Assembly (NCBI GenBank): GCA_938085445.1
Contig: CALKGR010000002.1
Span: 32,001 to 96,000 of the forward strand
Direction of reading: 5' to 3'
DNA length: 64,000 bases
Source of the DNA: an uncultured Rubripirellula sp.
GTDB taxonomy: Bacteria > Planctomycetota > Planctomycetia > Pirellulales > Pirellulaceae
Within the stretch, counting starts at the first letter, position 1; every line of letters begins with the position of its first letter. This document shows, piece by piece, positions 20,967-29,252 of the stretch. A model generated the notes under the pieces. The model ran no database searches. It worked only from the letters and a program-made list of their open reading frames with translations, and was not told the DNA's origin. Made by a program: the position numbers and the translations under genes.

Positions 20967-21384
20967 TAATCAACCAGGTTTTTAAAACTTATTTTAGCTC
21001 AGGAAGCTCGATCATGCACAAAGAAACGGACAGTTTCCGCAAGCTTGCAGAAGGGATTTCCATGCTGAATGCCGTATCTGTTTACCATGCCTCAGCATCA
21101 GTGTCGCCGGAGTACGGACCACACCGGCAAAACCGTGACTTTCAAAAACAGCTGCTCATCCTCAAACAGCAAACGCGCGTTTCTGATGACCGAGCCTTTT
21201 CGAAAAACCGGTGAATAGAAGCCCCAAGAAAAGGGCCAAAACAGGCCCCACTGCCGCCGGCGGCGTCTCTGACGCCAGCGACACCACTGAACACAAGCAG
21301 ATCATTCAAGTTTACACGCATGCTGCATGGCCCCGGCACGAGACACCAAAGAGCCACGAACAAAGCGTGCATGCTGGCATCGGC

Positions 21385-21501
21385 TCAGTTCTTCGGTTTG
21401 CCCTCAATCTTCCCAAAAGCAAATGTGTCAGAAATCATTTCAACTTTGATTTTCGCGGTGGATGGTACGCTCACGGCGACCGGGTCAAAACCGCGTCCTC
21501 A
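21385..21501 (-). other. Putative UGA read-through extension (U-GRGFDPVAVSVPSTAKIKVEMISDTFAFGKIEGKPKN*) with SECIS-like hairpin at 21464-21498
   Basis: Hand translation past TGA 21499-21501 gives 37 sense codons to TGA 21385-21387; stem-loop potential starts directly 3' of the UGA. Confidence 0.55.
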
Positions 21502-22563
21502 GCAGGAACCCGGTAGGATTGCCACCTCGAGAACCACTTGAGTTTCTGCGTCTACCACTTTGAATTCGGGTGACTTTCCGATCGGATGCCACCCGGTGTA
21601 CTGCTCACCTGCTTTTCCAAAATACCAAATTGCCTTCGGGGAAAACTGGATTTGGTCACCCACCCTCGCAAACTGAAACTCCGAAGAAATCGGGCCTCCC
21701 CAATCAAACTTTTTGGAACGCTCTGACATCAAATTCAGCGGCTTCATTTTCCCAGCTTTGATTTTCACACGATGCTGACCGAGTCCGACAACTCCGGAGA
21801 CCACAGTGTACTTCCCAGCAGGCACACGAACGGGTCCGTCAACCGCACCGATATCAAACGAGTGCTTTCGGTCCACAGACAAAATGACGGACGAAAGCAG
21901 GACTGCTTTCGAGTTGAATGAGGTGGACATATCGATTTCGGACGTGGGTCCGTTGTACGGGGACAAGGTGAATGTCGCTCCGTCTTCTGCGACGTTCAGT
22001 TGCCGCAACTTGTCACCAACAAACACGGTCGTCGACAGCATCATCGCATGATCTGTATTTCCAACGACCATCGCATCACTGCCAATGTCGTTGAACTTTC
22101 CATTCCCGTCTTGATCGATTAATTTGACTGACACCGGGCCCGCATCTGTCGGGATCAAGCCAACCATTGCCCCACCGGGTGCCCATTCCCAACCATCCGC
22201 ATCATTCCGAAGACGTGCCGCGTAGCGGAAAGCTTTGCCAGAATCATCTGTGCCACTCAAAACAACCCGTGTCGAAGAAACCATGGTCTTTGGATCGACC
22301 AACGCTTTGATGGTGCGATCAAGCTCGCCATCACCGTCAGTATCGACCTTCAAGCTGGTGCCCGAAAATTCAAACGCAAACAGCCCACCCCCGGCATGAG
22401 GGAGCCGTATTCCCTCCTTTACTGGGAACCACTTTTCGGTAGGTAACTTGAGCGACCAGTTTCGATAACTTCGATACTTCAACGCAACTGAGTCTGTATC
22501 TTCTGCTACGCACAGCGGCATCATCGCCGTAAATGCAAGCAGGCCCGCGAGTAGACGCAACAT
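21499..22563 (-). CDS. Secreted hypothetical protein with Ca-binding-like DxDxDG loops; candidate selenoprotein (may extend to 21385)
   Basis: Signal peptide MLRLLAGLLAFTAMMPLCVA, GGAG 6 nt before ATG 22563; DTDGDGELD and DQDGNGKFND loops; ORF ends abruptly at ILPGSC-TGA. Confidence 0.85.
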   Translation of the reverse strand: MLRLLAGLLAFTAMMPLCVAEDTDSVALKYRSYRNWSLKLPTEKWFPVKEGIRLPHAGGGLFAFEFSGTSLKVDTDGDGELDRTIKALVDPKTMVSSTRVVLSGTDDSGKAFRYAARLRNDADGWEWAPGGAMVGLIPTDAGPVSVKLIDQDGNGKFNDIGSDAMVVGNTDHAMMLSTTVFVGDKLRQLNVAEDGATFTLSPYNGPTSEIDMSTSFNSKAVLLSSVILSVDRKHSFDIGAVDGPVRVPAGKYTVVSGVVGLGQHRVKIKAGKMKPLNLMSERSKKFDWGGPISSEFQFARVGDQIQFSPKAIWYFGKAGEQYTGWHPIGKSPEFKVVDAETQVVLEVAILPGSC

Positions 22564-22993
22564 TGAACACTCCATGGCTAGTTGTAATTCGCCTCAAGTT
22601 TAAGCGACTCCTCGTCACCAAGATACTGCGAAACACTTCTATATTTCACCCTTTGAAAAAAAAAGGGGGATCCAATCGCTGAATACCTAAGAACTGCGCC
22701 AAAACTGCATGACATTCATAACGAGCCCGCCCGATTCCCGGCGCTCCCCACAGCCTCGTTCTCCCAAAGTACCAAGCATGAGGATGGACTTGGCATGCCA
22801 GTTACTGACCTCAGGGTCGCCCCAGCCACCGACTACCAGAGTCGGGGATGCCTTCTTGCACCAGATGTCTGCAGAAGCCACGCCAAGCAGTTCACCCGGT
22901 GAATTCAATTGGCAACAAGCTCGGATACCTCAAGCCTGTCACAACCCGAGATCCCGAAAACACACAGCTCCGCAAACGCAGATACTGCGTTCC

Positions 22994-23632
22994 TCAATCA
23001 CCCGATCCATTCACAGCCTCACTGGCAAGCTTGAAGGTCTCGATCATCTCAAGAAACTTCGAGACATCACCGCCTCCGACGCGACTGCTCACCGTTTTTC
23101 CGGCGGGGGAAAAACAGACGAATGTCGGGTATGCCTGAATTCCATTTTTCTTCGCAATCGCTACCTCAATCTCAGAATCAACGTACACAGGCACCATATT
23201 CTTCAGCGCAGCTTTTACCTTATCGTCCGGAAACACCTTAGCAATCATCATCTTGCACGGGGCACACCACGACGCTGAAAACATCACTAACATTGGCCGG
23301 CCCGTTTTTTTCGATTCAGCGATTCCCTTCTCAAAGCCGCTCACCCAGTAATCCGGCAACGAATGCCCCACCTGAGCGCGTTTGGGTTTCACGGTCTCAA
23401 AGACCGTCTGATAGACGTCAATACGTCCTGCAAACTCCCCATCGGAAACCATACCATCACCATTACGATCAACCGCCTTCGCAAATTGCTTGATCAATTC
23501 CAGATCAGCGTTACTAATGCGTCTGGACGAATAGTCAACGAACTCCGCAACCGTCCTCTCCTCGGCAGAAACGAATGACACTAAAACGAAGAAGATAACC
23601 AACGTAGCTGACAAGAGAATGCGAAACGGCAT
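22994..23632 (-). CDS. Secreted EF-hand + thioredoxin-family protein
   Basis: Signal peptide MPFRILLSATLVIFFVLVSFVSA-EE; EF-hand loop DRNGDGMVSDGE; MLVMFSASWCAPCK, YPTF cis-Pro. Start moved to ATG 23632. Confidence 0.88.
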   Translation of the reverse strand: MPFRILLSATLVIFFVLVSFVSAEERTVAEFVDYSSRRISNADLELIKQFAKAVDRNGDGMVSDGEFAGRIDVYQTVFETVKPKRAQVGHSLPDYWVSGFEKGIAESKKTGRPMLVMFSASWCAPCKMMIAKVFPDDKVKAALKNMVPVYVDSEIEVAIAKKNGIQAYPTFVCFSPAGKTVSSRVGGGDVSKFLEMIETFKLASEAVNGSGD

Positions 23633-24067
23633 GACACTCACCTGAGGAACACGAAATGAAACCGCCAGCATAACGCATTACCCTGTTGATGTCCCAGTGT
23701 GTTGGCGGCAGCACAACCACAGGTACTCGTCCCAGCCCAGCACCAAGTTTTTTAAATTGCATAGCATCGATAACCTCCGTCACTCCGCGGCAACCGCGAG
23801 ACACTTCCCACCAGCATCGCGTTACCAGCTTTTGCCGGACCAGCCTCCGACTCAACAAACTGCAGCGTTTGTACTCAAACCACGCTGGGTCAGCGGCCCC
23901 CCTTAATTGTCCTATCGTCGCGATTCGACTCACGCCCCCTTCCCAGCCATCCGACCTGTCAAACCGCAGGGAAACGCGTCTCGCGTTTTCTTCCACTCAC
24001 AAGCTTCTATTATCTGCTGCATTGCAACTGGCAATTAATTTTCAATGGAATAGCGGCAATTCCGTTG

Positions 24068-24460
24068 TTAGACATCAGTATTACGCATGTGATCTGCCGT
24101 CCGCTGAAAGTAGCTGCTCAATGTAGAACGCAACGCAACAGAACCAACCACTTCCTGCAACGCGGTTTCCATGCACAAAACCCATTGGTCCCGCTCGCTC
24201 ACGCCAATCGGGAAAGGCAGATGCCTCGCCCGAAGCCGCGGGTGCCCAAACTCACTGACATACAAACTTGGCCCCCCAAAAAAACCACTCAAGAACTTGT
24301 ACAGTTTGTCAGCCGAACCAGACAGATCTGCTGGGTGCAAGTCACGGATACCCTGCGCCTCCGGCAATCGATCCATTAGTTCATAGAATCGGGCAACCAG
24401 AACACGCAGGCCCTCTTCCCCACCAAGTTGGTCATAAAGCGTCTCTCCCTCACCGTCCAT
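24068..24460 (-). CDS. Group II truncated haemoglobin (trHbO-like)
   Basis: LYDQLGGEEG..LVARFY, FLSGFFGGPSLY, GHPRLRARHLPFPIG..ERDQW..CM, ADHMRN. Confidence 0.93.
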   Translation of the reverse strand: MDGEGETLYDQLGGEEGLRVLVARFYELMDRLPEAQGIRDLHPADLSGSADKLYKFLSGFFGGPSLYVSEFGHPRLRARHLPFPIGVSERDQWVLCMETALQEVVGSVALRSTLSSYFQRTADHMRNTDV

Positions 24461-24707
24461 TACTTAATCTATCTTCCAATAATGTTCCAAGAAATATCCA
24501 CGGCCTTATGCCGGACAAGGGCGGTAGATCCGATGCCTCGTTGCTGCAAGCCATTATCACACCCCCCTTCGAGTCTTATTACCATAGAACAACTCCCCTA
24601 AACTTGTAACTGTAACGAACACAAAAGCGATCAACTCATCACATTTGACACACCCACTGGGAAACGTTTTCAGACTTCCCGGAAACCTAACCGCACGGAA
24701 CACCGAA

Positions 24708-25682
24708 ATGAAGCTTCATGCTCGGAAAATACTTCTTGTTGTCCTGTCATTCCAAATCACCCCGAAGGTTATGTCTGCGGAGCAGGAAATCTTTACAACA
24801 AAGCCAGAACTAGTGTTGAGTTCAGGCGCCGGTGAAGGTCCTGCGTGGCACCCAAAACTTGGCTTGTTGACCAGTGGAGATGGAAATATCAATCGCTACG
24901 ACTTGTCTGGACAAACGTCGGTGTTTCGGAAAAATGCAGGATCTAATGGTCTTCTATTTGACCGCTTGGGACGATTAATTGTCTGTGAAAATCGCAAGCG
25001 ACGGATCACACGAACTGAAACAGATGGAACCATCACCGTCCTTGCGAATTCTTACAAGGGCAGTAAGTTCAATCAGCCGAATGATCTGACCATTGATTCA
25101 AAAGACCGCATTTACTTTACTGATCCGCAATATGGTGACCGTACTGGAATGGAGATGCGTGATTTGGACGGCAAGTACGTCGAGGGCGTGTATCGAATTG
25201 ATCCGGACGGAGCAGTCACCAGAATCATTACACATCAAGTTGATCGTCCAAATGGACTGATCATCACCCCGGATGATCGTTACCTGTATGTCGCTGAGAA
25301 CAACAACGATCGGGGTGGCAGCCGGAAATTGTGGCGATTCGAAATGGATATTGATGGCTTTGTGAAACCAAGAACTCAAATGCTCATCCATGATTGGGGT
25401 ACCACACGCGGTCCTGACGGAATGAAGCTGGACCAAGCCGGACGCCTTTATGTTGCAGCAGGCCTTAATCGACCGAACCTACCCCAGGAAACTGCAGTCA
25501 AACCTACTGCAGGGATCTATGTCTTCAGTCCGGGCGGAAAGCTCTTGACCTTTGCCGCTATCTCGAAAGATGAAACCACAAACTGCGCCTTCGGTGGACA
25601 CGACGGTAAAAGCCTGTTCATCACGGCCGGTGGAACACTCTGGAAGATCAGAACCAGAAGTCCAGGACTCCGCCTTCAATGA
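24708..25682 (+). CDS. SMP-30/gluconolactonase/LRE family protein
   Basis: GEGPAW, GSNGL, FNQPNDL, RPNGL, GPDGMKLD, TNCAFGG; likely ATG 24708. Confidence 0.9.
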   Translation: MKLHARKILLVVLSFQITPKVMSAEQEIFTTKPELVLSSGAGEGPAWHPKLGLLTSGDGNINRYDLSGQTSVFRKNAGSNGLLFDRLGRLIVCENRKRRITRTETDGTITVLANSYKGSKFNQPNDLTIDSKDRIYFTDPQYGDRTGMEMRDLDGKYVEGVYRIDPDGAVTRIITHQVDRPNGLIITPDDRYLYVAENNNDRGGSRKLWRFEMDIDGFVKPRTQMLIHDWGTTRGPDGMKLDQAGRLYVAAGLNRPNLPQETAVKPTAGIYVFSPGGKLLTFAAISKDETTNCAFGGHDGKSLFITAGGTLWKIRTRSPGLRLQ

Positions 25683-25897
25683 TGAGCAACCCGCCACTAT
25701 TCCTGGTTACCAGCTACCTTTTATGCGTGCCAGTCACAGTAAAATTAGCTTAAAAAACGCTGGCAACTTGCCACTCGCAAAACGCCGCAGTTGACACTTT
25801 TCCAGCTGATCCACATTTCTGAGGGGGTTCGCAGAATGCCCTCCAGCCGCGACACTACAGCCAATAAGTCAGAAACTCCCAACCAGTTGTAGACAGT

Positions 25898-26857
25898 ATG
25901 GCTATCCAATGGTTCCCCGGTCACATGCACAAGGCTCGCCTTGAAATGCAGGCCACGCTCCCCAAGGTCGATGTACTGATTGAGGTTCTTGACGCGCGAA
26001 TCCCTTATTCCAGCGAAAACCCAATGCTGGAGGAATTGCGGGGAAACAAGCCTTGCCTGAAAGTTCTTGCAAAAAGTGACTTGGCAGACGAACGTCGAAC
26101 AAGCGAATGGGTGGACTACCTCGATCAGCTTGAAAATGTTCGTGCTCGGGCCGTGAGTACCGAAGACATACCCTCAATTCGCCGCCTTAAGAACGCGGCA
26201 TCCCGTATGGTTCCCCACCGCGAAGGTCGAACTGTCACCGTGATGGTGGCCGGAATTCCCAACGTGGGCAAGTCAACACTGATCAACGTCCTTGCAGGCA
26301 GAAAGATAGCCAAGACTGGGAACACACCAGCTGTCACAAAACATCAACAACGGGTTCCCATCGGGGACAGCGTGACTTTAATGGATACACCAGGAGTGAT
26401 GTGGCCGAACGTAGAAAACCACAACAGCGGATACCGGCTAGCGATCCTTGGTTCAATCAAAGAAACCGCCATGGACTACAGCGACATCGGATTCTTTGCT
26501 GCAAAAATCATGACACGGGACTTTCCCGAGCGGCTTCAAGAACGTTACCAAATCGATGATCTTCCGACCGGCGAGCTAGAGCTCATCGAAGCCATTGGTC
26601 GTAAGCGAGGATGTCTAGGAAAAAACAATACTGTCGACCTTGATCGAGCATCACGGATTCTCGTCACCGAGTTACGCTCGGGAGGACTGGGGCGTCTGAC
26701 CTTGGAAACCCCAGACTCAATGAAGCATGAGAAGAAACGCACCGCTATCGAAGTGGCAGAAAAAGCAGAACGCGCTCGTGAAAAAGACGCAAAGCGGAAG
26801 AAACGTTTTCGCGACAAACAACGCGCGGCTCGCAAAGCACGCGAACACGGAGCGTAA
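25898..26857 (+). CDS. rbgA: Ribosome biogenesis GTPase RbgA/YlqF
   Basis: IQWFPGHMHKA, EVLDARIPYSSENP, GIPNVGKSTLIN, DTPG; circularly permuted G-motif order. Confidence 0.95.
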   Translation: MAIQWFPGHMHKARLEMQATLPKVDVLIEVLDARIPYSSENPMLEELRGNKPCLKVLAKSDLADERRTSEWVDYLDQLENVRARAVSTEDIPSIRRLKNAASRMVPHREGRTVTVMVAGIPNVGKSTLINVLAGRKIAKTGNTPAVTKHQQRVPIGDSVTLMDTPGVMWPNVENHNSGYRLAILGSIKETAMDYSDIGFFAAKIMTRDFPERLQERYQIDDLPTGELELIEAIGRKRGCLGKNNTVDLDRASRILVTELRSGGLGRLTLETPDSMKHEKKRTAIEVAEKAERAREKDAKRKKRFRDKQRAARKAREHGA

Positions 26858-27003
26858 GCAGCCCTTGCAACGGTGTAATACTCTCATGTGATCAGAAGCT
26901 TGCCGAAAGTGCCCCTTTCCGCAGGCAACGAATTTACAACAGGAAAAACTGAAACTAGTCTGCCGAGATGGCAATCAGATTCAGGAAGCACGTGGATTTT
27001 TGA

Positions 27004-27606
27004 ATGTTTGACGATCTATTCCAAATAGTCGCGTTACTTGCCGTCATTGGCACCTCCATTTTCCGATTTATCAAAGCGCGGAAAGTCAAAAAGGTACGAG
27101 AGCAATTGGCAGCAGTAGCCTCACGTATCAACGCATCGGTTGACCCCGGCCAACGCAGCATCAGCGGCAAGATTGAAGATATTCCCTTCAAGGTAAAATA
27201 CGAGCCAGCGTTGGAAAAGACACCGGCCCGCATCGATGTCGTTCTCAACAAAGCCTTACCGTTCAAGCTCAACATCGCAGCAAGGGTAGCACCATTCGAT
27301 CCTGAAAAAGCTAATCGCGCTGGCGAGTTTCTACTAGACCAACGCAAATTTGATGAACAATTCAGTGTATCAACCAACGACCCAGACGCATGTCGCGAGT
27401 ACCTGATGGATCCTCTGTTCCACCAAGGCGTTGAATTTGTCGTCTCGCAAGGTTATTCCATCCGGTACACACATCGTCGAGCTGTCTTTGCAAGCCCGCA
27501 AACAGAATGGCTCGCTGACACAGAGAAGGCGGCAGCAAAAATGGAGAAGCTTTTAATGTTAGCCTACTCACTGATTGCCGAGTTCGAAGATCCAACAGAA
27601 CCATAA
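27004..27606 (+). CDS. Hypothetical protein with N-terminal membrane anchor
   Basis: 200-aa ORF filling the gap; hydrophobic IVALLAVIGTSIF followed by a basic patch. Confidence 0.7.
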   Translation: MFDDLFQIVALLAVIGTSIFRFIKARKVKKVREQLAAVASRINASVDPGQRSISGKIEDIPFKVKYEPALEKTPARIDVVLNKALPFKLNIAARVAPFDPEKANRAGEFLLDQRKFDEQFSVSTNDPDACREYLMDPLFHQGVEFVVSQGYSIRYTHRRAVFASPQTEWLADTEKAAAKMEKLLMLAYSLIAEFEDPTEP

Positions 27607-27683
27607 AGCTTGGTCGAAACTCAACGCTGAGAGTCCCATTCAATAAGTTGTCCAAAGGGCACCTGATGTGCACCGTTGGACGC

Positions 27684-29066
27684 TTACATCTCGATGCCGA
27701 AACCAGCACGCTTGGGACGGTCTACCAAACCCTGAGCCCTGGAATTCCCAATCACCACCTCGTTGACCGGATCCCAACGGACCGATTCGCCCAACCGTGC
27801 GGCAATTCCCGCTAAATGACAGGTTGTCAAAGCCCTGTGGTGGCTGGCCACATCCGACACCGGCTCTCTCCGCGCACTCAGGGCCATAAAGAAATTTTCA
27901 ACATGATCGCTCAATGGCTGCCCTTTGTAGACCCGCTCCAGTGCTCCGTCTGGTAATGGATTCAAACGCAAGTCCTCAACAGGTTTCCCAGTCAAGCGTC
28001 CGCGGTTAACAAAAATGCGTCCATCGGTGCCCTCAAACAGGATGCCATTATCCGTATCATGCCGAATTTCAAGTTCCATCCCGTCAGCATACGTCGCGTT
28101 GATCAGAAAACGTGTTGCCGTGTTGTAACAATCGCGTCGCACGGGCTTCCCAACCTCAAACTCAGTTGGGTGTTCCACCATTACAGGGTCAACCGTAACT
28201 GGCCCCGTTTCGGTTTTCCCCATACCCCAGGTAGCGATGTCGACATGGTGGGCACCCCAATCAGTGAGCTTTCCCCCTGAAAAGTCGTACCACCAGCGGA
28301 ACTCGTAATGCCCATTGGACCATTCCTTCATGATGTTGTTGGCACCGGACTGATAACGATAGTCTGTCTTCGGAGCGGGCCCCAACCATCGATCCCAATC
28401 CAAATTTTTAGGAGGTGTTACTGGGCTCAAACGCGGACTCTCGGGGCTTGAATCGATCCCACACACAACTTTTTTGATTTCTCCCAGCCTTCCAGCACGA
28501 ATCATGGCAACCGCCTTGATGAACTGAACTGTACTGCGTTGCTGAGTTCCTACCTGAAACACAGCACCAGTCTTCTGCTGAACTTCCCTGATCAACTGGC
28601 CCTCGCCGATCGTCAAGGTCATCGGTTTTTCGCAGTAAACGTCTTTGCCGGACAACATCGCTTCAATTGCAATTTTTGCGTGCCAATGGTCCGGGGTCAC
28701 AATATGCACCACATCAATCGACTTATCATCGATTACCTTGCGATAATCTCCGCATTGCATTGGCGGAACAGTGGACCACTCTTTCACAATTTCGCCGGCT
28801 CTCTTCAATCGATTCTGGTCGACGTCACACACAGCGACCACATCGCCATAGCGCGGAAACCGTTTTCCGAGCCCGTAATTTGCTTTGGGAACCATGACGC
28901 GTTTGTCCCACCGCAAACCACAACCGATCACCCCAATCGTAGGACGCTCGCTGGGAGACTGAAAACCAAACGCCTGCTCGCTACGTCGAATTCCCGTCGA
29001 TCCCGCAACCACCGAGGCTGTACCGGCCACGAAGCCCCGTCTTGTGATTTCATTGCGATTCAACAT
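27684..29066 (-). CDS. Tat-exported Gfo/Idh/MocA oxidoreductase
   Basis: TRRGFV Tat motif, IGVIGCG, TPDHWH, YCEKPMT, QVGTQQRS, DWGAHHVD. Confidence 0.93.
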   Translation of the reverse strand: MLNRNEITRRGFVAGTASVVAGSTGIRRSEQAFGFQSPSERPTIGVIGCGLRWDKRVMVPKANYGLGKRFPRYGDVVAVCDVDQNRLKRAGEIVKEWSTVPPMQCGDYRKVIDDKSIDVVHIVTPDHWHAKIAIEAMLSGKDVYCEKPMTLTIGEGQLIREVQQKTGAVFQVGTQQRSTVQFIKAVAMIRAGRLGEIKKVVCGIDSSPESPRLSPVTPPKNLDWDRWLGPAPKTDYRYQSGANNIMKEWSNGHYEFRWWYDFSGGKLTDWGAHHVDIATWGMGKTETGPVTVDPVMVEHPTEFEVGKPVRRDCYNTATRFLINATYADGMELEIRHDTDNGILFEGTDGRIFVNRGRLTGKPVEDLRLNPLPDGALERVYKGQPLSDHVENFFMALSARREPVSDVASHHRALTTCHLAGIAARLGESVRWDPVNEVVIGNSRAQGLVDRPKRAGFGIEM

Positions 29067-29252
29067 GCTTCTCTACTCCACGTCAACAAAAGTTCTTCTT
29101 GCCCAGCACACTTCGGGAACGTCTGCTTTAAAGACCGGCGATAAAGCGTTGCACCAACGCAAACAGATTCCAGCAAGCAGGCAAAACAAAAAACATTCTC
29201 AGACAACAACCACACCGCACCGGCAGTCGTCAATCAATACGACCACGGACCC

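Noticed and set aside
21142..21387. Second read-through into the in-frame 76-aa ORF 21142-21372
   Set aside because: The sequence looks like translated non-coding DNA, and KPKN is a plausible natural C-terminus.
22656..22664. A9 homopolymer upstream of the Sec-candidate gene as a phase-variation tract
   Set aside because: Short and intergenic; could equally be part of a terminator or promoter, and variation cannot be seen in one sequence.
22890..22996. TGA-GGA at the end of the thioredoxin gene followed by about 33 open codons
   Set aside because: The thioredoxin fold is already complete, there is no Cys or redox context at the TGA, and the extension is not protein-like.
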